Source of the DNA: Thermoplasmata archaeon
GTDB taxonomy: Archaea > Thermoplasmatota > Thermoplasmata > UBA10834
Direction of reading: 5' to 3'
DNA: 64,000 nt
Assembly (NCBI GenBank): GCA_029864565.1
Contig: JAOTTD010000001.1
Coordinates: 66,232-130,231 of the forward strand
Part shown: piece after piece, positions 44,760-53,816 of the stretch
Layout of the letters: every line of letters starts with the position of its first letter
Position numbering within the stretch: the stretch's first letter is position 1
The notes under the pieces: generated by a model
Database searches by the model: none
What the model was told of the DNA's origin: nothing
The model's input: the letters and a program-made list of their open reading frames with translations, nothing else
Translations under genes and position numbers: made by a program

Positions 44760-46240
44760 CAGAACCACCTGGTGATCACTACCTTCCTGTCCGTGAAGAA
44801 CGATATGGCGTCGCGGCCCTGTCCGTGCATGTCGCCGAAGAACGAGTCCTTGTAGCCGGCGAACGGAAAGTAAGCCATCGCGGCTACGACTCCGATGTTG
44901 ATGCCAATGTTGCCGCACTGCACCTTGTGCCGGAAGTACCTGGCATCCTTGCCACTCTGCGTGTAAATCGACGCGGCGTTCCCGAACGGGCTCTTGTGTA
45001 TGAAGTCAATCGCATCATCCAGCGTGTCCATTCTCAGGTAGGATACGACAGGGCCGAATATCTCCTCCTTGGCGATCTTCATGTCTGGCGTGACCCCATC
45101 GATGACCGTCGGCCCTACGAAGTGCCCCTTCTCGTAGCCAGGGATCTTCGCGCCCCTGCCGTCGATAAGTATCTTGGCACCAGCCGCCTCAGCGCCGTCG
45201 ATGTAGTCTATGACTTTCGTCTTAGCCTTCGCGGACACGACCGGCCCCATGTTGACGCTCTCGTCAAGTCCGTAACCCATCTTGATCCTCTTCGACGCGT
45301 CTACGAACTTCTCGAGGAGCGACCCCGCCACGTCGCCCACGGCCACGAGATTCGAGCCCGCAAGGCATCGCTGGCCCGCACATCCATAGAACGACGCTAG
45401 CATGTTGGAGACGGTCCTGTTGAGAACGGAATCAGGCATGACGACGAGCGAGTTCTTCGCTCCGCCTTGGGCCTGTACGCGCTTGCCGTTCTCGCCGCAC
45501 TTCTTGTAGATGTATTTGGCGACAGGAGTCGATCCGACAAACGAAATGCCCTTCATGTACGGATGATCCATCATCGTGTCTGAGACCTCACGGCTGCCGT
45601 TGACCAGGTTGACCACGCCCGGTGGGAAGCCAGCCTTGTCTATGAGCGAGAAGAGGTTCCATTGCGTCAGCGGGACCTGGCTGGACGATTTCATGACGTA
45701 GCAATTACCGGTCGCAACTGCGTAAGGCCAGAACCAGTACGGGATCATCGCTGGGAAATTGAACGGGGCGATGCAGCCAAAGACTCCGAGAGGAGATATC
45801 ACTGCGTCCTCGTCTATGCCCTCCGCAGCGCCGTCCTCCAGATTGTAGCCCATCATGAGAGAGGGGATGCCCGCGGCGACCTCGACGTTCTCTATGGTCC
45901 TCCTCGTTTCTCCTCTGGCCTCGTCTATTGTCTTGCCCTGTTCCTGGACCATAATCCTGGCTATGTCCTCGAAATTTTGCTCCATCAGCTCCTTAAGCTT
46001 GAAGAAGATCCTCGCCCTAGTGATCGGCGGAGTCTCCCTCCAAGCCTCCCACGCCTCCTGGGCAGCCTCAATAGCGGCTTTGGTCTCGTCGGCGGTCGAC
46101 ATCGGCACCTTGCCGATTGTCGCGCCAGTAGTGGGATTCTCGACGTCCAGGTCTTTAGATGAGGTCGAGTCGACCCATTCGCCATTCACGTAGTTCTTGA
46201 GCCTTCCGTAATCCTTCTTTACCTCGGGTAGTAGAGCCAT
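44759..46240 (-). CDS. mmsA: Methylmalonate/malonate-semialdehyde dehydrogenase (CoA-acylating), ALDH superfamily
   Basis: The start is at MALLPEVKKDYGRLKNYVNGEWVDS..., the MMSDH-type N-terminus. The catalytic Cys is in GQRCLA. AQGGAKNS occupies the place of the usual ELGGKSP, which is a MmsA/IolA trait. GGAGG lies upstream of the ATG at 46240. Confidence 0.8.
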   Translation of the reverse strand: MALLPEVKKDYGRLKNYVNGEWVDSTSSKDLDVENPTTGATIGKVPMSTADETKAAIEAAQEAWEAWRETPPITRARIFFKLKELMEQNFEDIARIMVQEQGKTIDEARGETRRTIENVEVAAGIPSLMMGYNLEDGAAEGIDEDAVISPLGVFGCIAPFNFPAMIPYWFWPYAVATGNCYVMKSSSQVPLTQWNLFSLIDKAGFPPGVVNLVNGSREVSDTMMDHPYMKGISFVGSTPVAKYIYKKCGENGKRVQAQGGAKNSLVVMPDSVLNRTVSNMLASFYGCAGQRCLAGSNLVAVGDVAGSLLEKFVDASKRIKMGYGLDESVNMGPVVSAKAKTKVIDYIDGAEAAGAKILIDGRGAKIPGYEKGHFVGPTVIDGVTPDMKIAKEEIFGPVVSYLRMDTLDDAIDFIHKSPFGNAASIYTQSGKDARYFRHKVQCGNIGINIGVVAAMAYFPFAGYKDSFFGDMHGQGRDAISFFTDRKVVITRWF

Positions 46241-46718
46241 ACTCTCTATTCTCCTTCCGATTGCGCTATCCGTCAGCCACCGCTTGCATTGCAGCAAGCG
46301 AATCCACGCATCTCGAGACATCAAATCGCATTTTGAGAAGGTAGCCGCGATTGAAACTTGGCTTTGACTCTCCCCCACGATGCCGTCGATTGCGGCGCAT
46401 CAGCCGAGCCGTCCAATTTTATTAGGATGTTTTACAGCTTTTCGGCTCGAAATTCGCCAATGTGCCAGTGATTGTGGCCCTATTTGCGGTGTATGTTCTT
46501 CATCGCTATATAGGTTTTCATTCTGGCTTCGCCTGCAAAGAATTTGTTAACACTATGTGAATATTAATCTGGACAAACGCGTTGACGGACGGTGTTCGAA
46601 CGGCCGCATCCGATAATCGGAGTGCATGCCCTTTGAGGGTGTGAAAGAGGGTGCGACTCCCTATTGGAGATAGAGAAATCGTAATGGGTTTCACAAATGG
46701 TTTGACCGAACGCGAGGC

Positions 46719-48083
46719 TCACTCGAGGCCTGCCTTCTTGGTCTCCTGTGCGACCGCTTCCTCGAGTATATCCAACCCCTTCTCGAGCAGCCCCTGCTTG
46801 ATAATCAGGGGCGGGTGGAGCCGCACGACGTTGTTGAACTGTCCGGCGGTCAGGATATAGAGCCCATTCTTGAAACATGCCAGCTGTATGTTCCTTGCGA
46901 GTTCGGGAGCCGGCTCCTTCGAACTCTTCTTCTTCACGAGTTCCATGCCCATCATAGCGCCTAGGCCGCGCACATCGCCAACCACCTCGAACCTCTTCTT
47001 CCACTCATCGAGCCGCTTCTTCTCGACGCGGTTGATCATCTTCGTGTTCGGAAGGGCTTTCTTGGTGAGCTTGATCGAAGCCAATGCTCCCGCGCAGCAG
47101 ACTGGATTGCCACCGAAAGTGCCACCGAGGCTAGCAGGTCCTGGTGCGGACATGATCTCGTCCCTGCCGGTGACGCCTCCGAGTGGCATGCCCAACGAAA
47201 GCCCCTTGCCTGAAACGAGCATGTCGGGGTCGGCTTTCCAGTGCTGGATGCCAAACATCTTGCCAGTGCGGCCGAAACCCGTCTGCACCTCATCGTCTAT
47301 GAAGACTATGCCATTGTCCTTGCATATCTTTGTGACTTTCTCCCAATATCCAGGCGGAGGGTTGATGAACCCGCCCTCTCCCTGGATCGGCTCCGCGACC
47401 AGGCAGGCTACACTGCCCTCCAACGGAGGTGTCTGGACGATCGTCCGTATTGTGTCCGTGCAGGCAAGGTCACACGACGGGTACTCGAGCTTCAGCGGGC
47501 ATCTGTAGCAATAGGCGAAATCCAGGTGCTGGATGTGTGACAGCAGCGGCCCGAAGCCCTCCCTGTACGGCTTCTCCTTCGCGGTGAGCGATATATCTAG
47601 CATCGTCCTGCCGTGGAACGCCGTCCTGTACGACAGCAACCATGGCTTCTTCGTGTACGACCGCGCTATCTTCACCGCGTTCTCGACAGCCTCTGACCCG
47701 CTGTTCAGGAATATGCTCTTCTTGAGCTTCCCGGGGCAGATCTTCGACATCTCCTCCGCCAGCTGTATGTAGGACTCGTACATCGACACCATAAAACAGA
47801 TGTGTATGAACTCGTCCAGCTGGTCCTTGCACGCGCTGACCATCTCCGGAGCCCTGTGCCCGCAGTTGTGGACGCCTATCCCGACAGTGAAATCGAGATA
47901 GACATTGCCATCGACGTCCCTCATGAATGGTCCCTCGGCAACGTCCAGCTCTGCCGGAAGACCGATCTTGATACCGTCAGTGATGTACTTCTCCTTCCTC
48001 TTCATCGCGGCCTTCGATTTCGGGCCTGGGGGCTCGATCACAATCTTCGGGCCCTTCAGATTGTATGATTTCGTTTTCGTCAT
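46719..48083 (-). CDS. Class-III (omega) aminotransferase, GABA / beta-alanine aminotransferase-like
   Basis: It shows the PLP fold-type I class-III pattern (...GSEAVENAVKIAR..., DEVQTGFGRTGKMFG, ...SGKGLSLGMPLG...). The start is at MTKTKSYNLKGPKIV with AAGGAG upstream. Confidence 0.85.
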   Translation of the reverse strand: MTKTKSYNLKGPKIVIEPPGPKSKAAMKRKEKYITDGIKIGLPAELDVAEGPFMRDVDGNVYLDFTVGIGVHNCGHRAPEMVSACKDQLDEFIHICFMVSMYESYIQLAEEMSKICPGKLKKSIFLNSGSEAVENAVKIARSYTKKPWLLSYRTAFHGRTMLDISLTAKEKPYREGFGPLLSHIQHLDFAYCYRCPLKLEYPSCDLACTDTIRTIVQTPPLEGSVACLVAEPIQGEGGFINPPPGYWEKVTKICKDNGIVFIDDEVQTGFGRTGKMFGIQHWKADPDMLVSGKGLSLGMPLGGVTGRDEIMSAPGPASLGGTFGGNPVCCAGALASIKLTKKALPNTKMINRVEKKRLDEWKKRFEVVGDVRGLGAMMGMELVKKKSSKEPAPELARNIQLACFKNGLYILTAGQFNNVVRLHPPLIIKQGLLEKGLDILEEAVAQETKKAGLE

Positions 48084-48167
48084 CTTCGTCGCACTCCTTA
48101 TTGTCATACTTGCTGGAATGAAATCAGGCAAAGGGTTTGACTGCGACCACGCCGCGAATGCGGCGGG

Positions 48168-49565
48168 TCACTTCAGCTTCTTCTCGACCTCCTTTATGGA
48201 CTCCTCCAGGAAATTCAGCCCAGTATCCATCTCGTCCTCGGATATGCACAACGGCGGCGCGATCCTGAAGGAGCAGGAACCCGCACCTATCGCGACGACG
48301 CCCTTCTTCCACGCGCGCTCGATTATCTCGGACGCCATATCTCCACCGGGCGCCTTCGTCTTCTTGTCCTTGACGACCTCGACTCCAATCATCAGGCCGA
48401 TGCCGCGGACGTCGCCGATGATCTTGGAGCGCTTCTGTATCTCGCGCATCCTCTTCATGGCGCGGTCGCCCATCCTGACGGCGTTCTGCCGCAGTCTCTC
48501 CTTCTCAATGATCCTGATCGTTGCCAGCGCTGATTGGCATGCGACCGGAGTCCCGCCGAGAGTCGTACAATGCGAGCCCGCTTCCCAATCGAAGATTTCC
48601 TCGCGGCCGATTGTGGCTCCGAGCGACATGCCACCTCCGAGCGCTTTGGACGAGCACAGGATGTCAGGAGTCACCCCGAAGTTCTCGATGGCCCACCACT
48701 TGCCCGTGCGACCCATCCCAGACTGCACCTCGTCCACCGCGTAGATTATGCCGTACTTGTCATAGAGCTTCTTGAGGCGCTTATGGTAGTCTTTGGGAGG
48801 GACGACATATCCTCCCTCGCCCTGTATCGGCTCTATGAGCGACGCGGCGACTTCGTCCGGAGGGACGAATTTCTTCAGCACGTAGTCCTCAATGAAGTCC
48901 ACGCACCAGTAGTCGCAGTCGGGGAAGCTCATCTTGTACGGACATCTGTAGCAGTACGCGTATGGCACATGCGTCACGCCAGGCATCGTCGGGAAGTACC
49001 TCGCCTTCTGCACGGTTGAGCTCGCCGTGAAGCTCAGCGCTCCCATGCTTCTCCCGTGGAATCCTCCAGTGTACGCAATGAACAGCGGGCGCTTGCTATG
49101 CCATCTGGACACCTTCGCGAACGCCTCTATGCTCTCCGCGCCGCTGCCACTGAAGAACGCTTTCTTGCGAAACTTACCAGGTGTGATCTCATTAAGCTTC
49201 TCGGCCAGCTCGACCGCGTACCGGTAGTAGAAATCAGTGTAAGAGTAGTGCTGGAGACGCTTTGCCTGGTCTGTTATCGCCTTGACGACTTCCGGATGGC
49301 AGTGGCCGACGTTCATCGCCCCGAGGCCGCTGTTGAAGTCGATGTACTCGTTCCCGTCGATATCTTCGATTATGCACCCCTTGCCTTTCTCCACCACGAA
49401 CGGGTAGTAGTACGGCCGATTGTACGGGGACAACACGAGCTTGTCCCGCTTGACGACCGCTTTCGCCTTGGGCCCCGGAGGATCCACAGTTCTTTTCAAA
49501 GAAGCATTCTGTTTTCGTCCAGTCTTCAATATATCCCTCTTTGTCTCCAATTCTTCCGAATGCAA
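48168..49565 (-). CDS. Class-III (omega) aminotransferase, paralog of the preceding gene
   Basis: The motifs are the same as in its neighbour (DEVQSGMGRTGKWWA, SSKALGGGMSLG). It is tandem to 46719-48083. Confidence 0.85.
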   Translation of the reverse strand: MHSEELETKRDILKTGRKQNASLKRTVDPPGPKAKAVVKRDKLVLSPYNRPYYYPFVVEKGKGCIIEDIDGNEYIDFNSGLGAMNVGHCHPEVVKAITDQAKRLQHYSYTDFYYRYAVELAEKLNEITPGKFRKKAFFSGSGAESIEAFAKVSRWHSKRPLFIAYTGGFHGRSMGALSFTASSTVQKARYFPTMPGVTHVPYAYCYRCPYKMSFPDCDYWCVDFIEDYVLKKFVPPDEVAASLIEPIQGEGGYVVPPKDYHKRLKKLYDKYGIIYAVDEVQSGMGRTGKWWAIENFGVTPDILCSSKALGGGMSLGATIGREEIFDWEAGSHCTTLGGTPVACQSALATIRIIEKERLRQNAVRMGDRAMKRMREIQKRSKIIGDVRGIGLMIGVEVVKDKKTKAPGGDMASEIIERAWKKGVVAIGAGSCSFRIAPPLCISEDEMDTGLNFLEESIKEVEKKLK

Positions 49566-49645
49566 TACCTGTAGTTTAGCCTTTTCATCGAATCAACGCC
49601 CCCATATGAAAGGTTTATCCCAGGCAAGGGGCATCGCACGGCACG

Positions 49646-50506
49646 ATGCCCACGCTGCTCGTCCGATACGGTGAAATAGGCCTCAAGAGCGAGCGCGTAC
49701 GCCGCAGGTTCGAGATGGCGCTCGAGGGAGACATCAAACACAAGCACGCCATGGCGGGCATATCGTGCATAGTATCATCTGGCAGAGGGAGAATATTCGT
49801 CGATTCGAACGATTGGCGCCACACATGTGAGATACTGTCCCGCACCTTCGGCGTGGTGTCGTTCAGCCCGACGGTTCAGGTGAGCAGCGACCTTGACAAG
49901 CTATTGGAGGATGTTGTGAGGTTTGCGGAGCCACTCATGTTCAACGGAGCCTTGTTCGCGATAAGGGCGAGGCGATCAGGGACCCACCCCTACACCAGCC
50001 AGACCGTTTGCGAGAAGGCTGGTTACGCGGTTCTGTCCGCCAACAGAGCGCGAGGTGTCAAGGTCAATCTGGATGAGCCAGACATCGAGATATTCATAGA
50101 GGTCCGAGGACGCGACGCTTACTTGTTCAGCACCATCTTGCCAGGCCCAGGTGGCATGCCGAAGAGCACCCAGGGCCGAGTGCTGGTAATGCTATCGTCC
50201 GAACGCGGCATCGCTGCGGCCTGGCTTCTCATGAAGAGGGGGTGTACGGTCGTTGCGGCGTGCAGCGACCACGCGCTATCCGATTTACTCGCTGCATGGG
50301 ACGCGGATCTGAAAACCGTCGAGCCCGAAAGCGATATGTTTTCTAAAGCCGCTGGCGAGAGATGCCTGGCAGTGGTTATGGACTGGGGTGTCAAAGAGCT
50401 CGGGTCGAACCGAGCACTCAAGGGACCGGTTCCGGTGTTCTACCCACTGGTAGGGTTCGACGACGACCAGGTCGGTTCCCTGCTGGACAGAGTCACAAGG
50501 ACCTAG
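49646..50506 (+). CDS. ThiI-like THUMP-domain protein with truncated, degenerate PP-loop domain
   Basis: The N-terminus MPTLLVRYGEIGLKSERVRRRFE is the ThiI signature. In place of the PP-loop SGGxDS the sequence reads VLVMLSSERGIAAAWLLMKRG. The protein ends at 286 aa, whereas ThiI is about 380-480 aa. Confidence 0.6.
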   Translation: MPTLLVRYGEIGLKSERVRRRFEMALEGDIKHKHAMAGISCIVSSGRGRIFVDSNDWRHTCEILSRTFGVVSFSPTVQVSSDLDKLLEDVVRFAEPLMFNGALFAIRARRSGTHPYTSQTVCEKAGYAVLSANRARGVKVNLDEPDIEIFIEVRGRDAYLFSTILPGPGGMPKSTQGRVLVMLSSERGIAAAWLLMKRGCTVVAACSDHALSDLLAAWDADLKTVEPESDMFSKAAGERCLAVVMDWGVKELGSNRALKGPVPVFYPLVGFDDDQVGSLLDRVTRT

Positions 50507-51195
50507 GTGCCCTTCCTGTTGTGAGCTCGCAGGGACGGTCTGACCTTCTCTGCGCCCCTGCCGCGCGTCCTGACGAGGCCTCTGCCGCGCTTGCCGGCTG
50601 CGGTCAGGCCTCTCGACGCGCGGTGGAAGTGCTTCCCATTGCACATCCAGTTCAGCTTCGGATCGGCCTTTATGACTGGGTGGTTCGGGTCCACGAGTAT
50701 GACCTCGTACCACTTGTGCTTCCCGTCTTCACCGACCCAGTATGAAGCAAGGACCTCGAGGTTCGGATACCTCTTCGAGGTCCTCTCCTCGGCAATCCTC
50801 TGGATGTTCTTCTTCATCGTGATTTTGGATATACCCTTCCTCTTCGGCCTCCGGCCTTTCCTTATCCGGTGCTTTCTGAGGCCACCCTTCCTCACGCGGG
50901 CCCTGACGACCACAATGCCCTGCTTGGCCCTGTAGCCCAGTGACCTCGCCCGGTCGAGCCTCGTAGGCCTGTCGACCCTCACGAAGCTGCCTTCCTTGCG
51001 CCAGTCGACGAGGCGCTGCCACATGATGGCTTTCATGTCGCCGTTCGAAGGGTCCTTCCAGGCCTCACCCATGAAATGATACATGCTCCGCGAGCCGCTC
51101 TTGGTCTTCTTGCCCTCGGTGCCAGCCTCGGGCGCCTTAGCCTCTTCCTTCCGCTCCTCTTCGACAGGAGCCTTCTCTGCCTTCTTTGTCATCAA
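50503..51195 (-). CDS. rpl15e: 50S ribosomal protein L15e (with possible 38-aa Lys/Glu-rich N-terminal extension)
   Basis: The L15e core runs from ...SRSMYHFMGEAWKDP... to the C-terminus. The longest ORF adds MMTKKAEKAPVEEERKEEAKAPEAGTEGKKTKSG. The alternative start is at 51081. Confidence 0.85.
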   Translation of the reverse strand: MMTKKAEKAPVEEERKEEAKAPEAGTEGKKTKSGSRSMYHFMGEAWKDPSNGDMKAIMWQRLVDWRKEGSFVRVDRPTRLDRARSLGYRAKQGIVVVRARVRKGGLRKHRIRKGRRPKRKGISKITMKKNIQRIAEERTSKRYPNLEVLASYWVGEDGKHKWYEVILVDPNHPVIKADPKLNWMCNGKHFHRASRGLTAAGKRGRGLVRTRGRGAEKVRPSLRAHNRKGT

Positions 51196-51408
51196 ATCAC
51201 ATCCAGCTGTTCATGGGTTCACGCCTCAGGCGCACATCCCCTTGCGAGACCAGGCAAGTCTCGCCGCTGTGGCTCAGAGCAAAAGGATTGCCGTATTTAA
51301 ACGTGTTGTATCAGCCCCGACCTTCAGCCAAGTACGTATCCTCCTTCCATGCCACCCCCTCTGATTCCGTGCATTAATGTCTAAAGACTGCACAACAGAC
51401 AGGATTTC

Positions 51409-53811
51409 TCACATGAAATCATCCAAGCTGAGTTTGTTCTCCGTTCGCTTCGGCTTGGCGACCACCTTGGCAGATTCACGCGCACTCCCGAAGCTGCGGT
51501 TCGTGAGTGTCTGTTGTTGCGCTCCAGTGAGAAGGGAACGCGAATCCCAGCCGAAGGCGTCAGTGACGCGTGATATCGTCGCAGCTATCCTCGTGGCATA
51601 GTAGTTCGAGTCCGGCTTAGCCGTGAACTCCCTGCCCTCAATCCACGGTTCCACCTCGTTTGGCGAAGCCTTGCCGTTTGTCACAATCCACGAGACCTTC
51701 ATCCCTGGCATGACCTCGTAACCCATCTCCTTGAGCATGCGCGCGACGCGGACGTTGATCATCCTGTCGCTAGCCTTGTACTGGCTCTCCTCCTTGACAG
51801 ACCGGCTTATCACGAGCCGAGATGTGTCGACATTGCCGGCCAGGAGGTCGTCGATGACCGCCCTTGTGTGCGCCACGGCGCCTTCCATGTCGTCCGCCAA
51901 TATGCGCTCGAAGACCTCCTGCAGCGTCTCGCTCTGGAGGTCGAACGAGTCCGTCCGCCGCATCTCGTATCCTCGGACGATGAGCTCTTCCCTGGGCCAT
52001 ATCATCTTGCCGACGTACCGCTTCTTCTTGCCATGGGAGAAGAACGGCTCCATGACCTTTTCGAACTCAAGGACCATGCCGTCCTTCGAGAACCGCTCCG
52101 CGGTATCCTTGCCGAGTCTGATTGTCGTCTCGAGATCCTCGTGTGGCGAGAGGAAGAAGACGGAGTCCGTGTCTGAGTAAATGACCTTCAGACCCTCTCC
52201 CTCCAGATTCCGGATCAGATCCTTCGTGGCCTCCCTGGAGAACGCCGTTATGCTCGCACCTATCTTGGGGTCGGTAAACCTGTAGAAAGACGATGCCAGA
52301 ACGCCGTAGAATGAGTTCATCAGTATCTTGATCGCCTCCTGGAGACCGTCGTAGTAATCCTTCTCCTCCGGCGTCCCAGCGTCCTTCATGGCCCGCTTCG
52401 TCTGCGCACGCTCCTCCATGAGCGTCACGAGTATCTTCGGGAGGAGTCCCTCCCGCACTTCCTTGGCCAGAAACTTTGCTCCCGTCGGCGACACGATCGT
52501 GCCATCGGGGGACAGCGTCGTGAAGCAGATGTTGTTCGCGATAATCATGCTCGGGTACATGCTTCTGAAGTCGAGGGTCAGCACCCAATGGTACAGCCCC
52601 GGCTCCATCTCATGGACATAGCCCCCTTCTATCGGCTTGGCGTCGCTCCCCGAGCGCGACGTCATGGGCACGGCCACCTTTCGCTTGTCTGCATCCCTGA
52701 TGAGTATCGAATCGACTAGCTGCGAGGTCGTGCCGTTGACGACGTCGTCTAGCGGGAGCTTCGAGACGGCCGCCAGGTCCATGCTCCTGTTTATCAGCGC
52801 CACTTTCTCGAGCACGCGCAGCGCGAGCATAGCGTCCTGGATGCAGTATTCCATAACGCGCTCGCTGTCGGCTGCCCATTCCTCGTCCATCTTCTTGGGG
52901 TCGACATCATGCTTCTCCTCGTTGAGAAGCTGTTTTGCGACCGCGTTCAGCGTCTCCTGCTTGGGCTTCAGCACGCGCTTCACAGCCCACCAGGCGTCGA
53001 TTATTACCCTGCCCTGGGCCCTCCAGAACCGGTTATACTGGTCTATCTCGGTCGGGAACCTTCCCCATCTCAGCGGTCCGAGGCCGAGGTCCTTCGCCCG
53101 CTGCTCTATCTGAGGGATGTCGAAGCCGTCTATGTTGTAACCGGTTATGACGTCAGGGTCGCTCTCGATAATGAACGCTGAGAAGTCCGATATCATCTTC
53201 TTCTCGTCTCCGAAGAATCTCCTAGAGGTGACTTCGTCGCCCTCCTTGACGACGCAGCAGATGGTGAATATCTTCGGCTCCTTGAGGCTCGTCTCGATGT
53301 CGAAGCTGAGCGTCCTGAGATCCGGTCTGAACGGCTGCACTTCCTCAAAGCTCTCCGCTTCGACGACCAGGTCGGTGGCGAAGGCGTCGTCCTCGATTTC
53401 CCTGCCGAAGACACGTACGCACGCTCCTATGCCCATGTCGTAGACGAACCTGAAATGGAACGGTATGTCGGCGGCCAGTATGGCCGGGACTGAATCCATG
53501 AGGTCTCTGCGAATGCTCGGCACCAATCCCGGGTGGGTGGCGACAATCCTACGGCACTTGCGCATCTCCCCGCCGTACAGCAGCTCGCACTCCTCCGTCC
53601 TCCGGATGCGCCTAGCATCGGTCTCCAGTATTCTGACGACTTCCTCCGACGGCTCGACGATGTAAAAGTACGGCTCGAACCCCTTGTACTTGACAGCCAC
53701 GGACCGCCCGTCCTTCATCTTGCCGAATAGACGCATCTCCAGGTTGTCCTCGAACTCCTCGAACTTGGGGTGCGAGGTGACGCCTATCAGCCTAACGTCC
53801 CAGTAATCCAT
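51409..53811 (-). CDS. polB: DNA polymerase family B (intein-free)
   Basis: The protein is 800 aa. An exonuclease region (FDIETS...) is followed by YxDTDS (VIYSDTDSVFF) and the polymerase motifs. There is no intein insertion. Confidence 0.95.
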   Translation of the reverse strand: MDYWDVRLIGVTSHPKFEEFEDNLEMRLFGKMKDGRSVAVKYKGFEPYFYIVEPSEEVVRILETDARRIRRTEECELLYGGEMRKCRRIVATHPGLVPSIRRDLMDSVPAILAADIPFHFRFVYDMGIGACVRVFGREIEDDAFATDLVVEAESFEEVQPFRPDLRTLSFDIETSLKEPKIFTICCVVKEGDEVTSRRFFGDEKKMISDFSAFIIESDPDVITGYNIDGFDIPQIEQRAKDLGLGPLRWGRFPTEIDQYNRFWRAQGRVIIDAWWAVKRVLKPKQETLNAVAKQLLNEEKHDVDPKKMDEEWAADSERVMEYCIQDAMLALRVLEKVALINRSMDLAAVSKLPLDDVVNGTTSQLVDSILIRDADKRKVAVPMTSRSGSDAKPIEGGYVHEMEPGLYHWVLTLDFRSMYPSMIIANNICFTTLSPDGTIVSPTGAKFLAKEVREGLLPKILVTLMEERAQTKRAMKDAGTPEEKDYYDGLQEAIKILMNSFYGVLASSFYRFTDPKIGASITAFSREATKDLIRNLEGEGLKVIYSDTDSVFFLSPHEDLETTIRLGKDTAERFSKDGMVLEFEKVMEPFFSHGKKKRYVGKMIWPREELIVRGYEMRRTDSFDLQSETLQEVFERILADDMEGAVAHTRAVIDDLLAGNVDTSRLVISRSVKEESQYKASDRMINVRVARMLKEMGYEVMPGMKVSWIVTNGKASPNEVEPWIEGREFTAKPDSNYYATRIAATISRVTDAFGWDSRSLLTGAQQQTLTNRSFGSARESAKVVAKPKRTENKLSLDDFM

Positions 53812-53816
53812 CGGTA

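Noticed and set aside
46564-47004. 146-aa minus-strand ORF in and beyond the AT-rich intergenic region
   Set aside because: It overlaps the 3' end of the aminotransferase out of frame. Its product is Gly/Arg-rich and low-complexity. The region is kept as a finding only for possible non-coding function.
48534-49574. 161-aa and 172-aa plus-strand ORFs inside the second aminotransferase gene
   Set aside because: They are antisense to a well-supported class-III aminotransferase and have no motifs.
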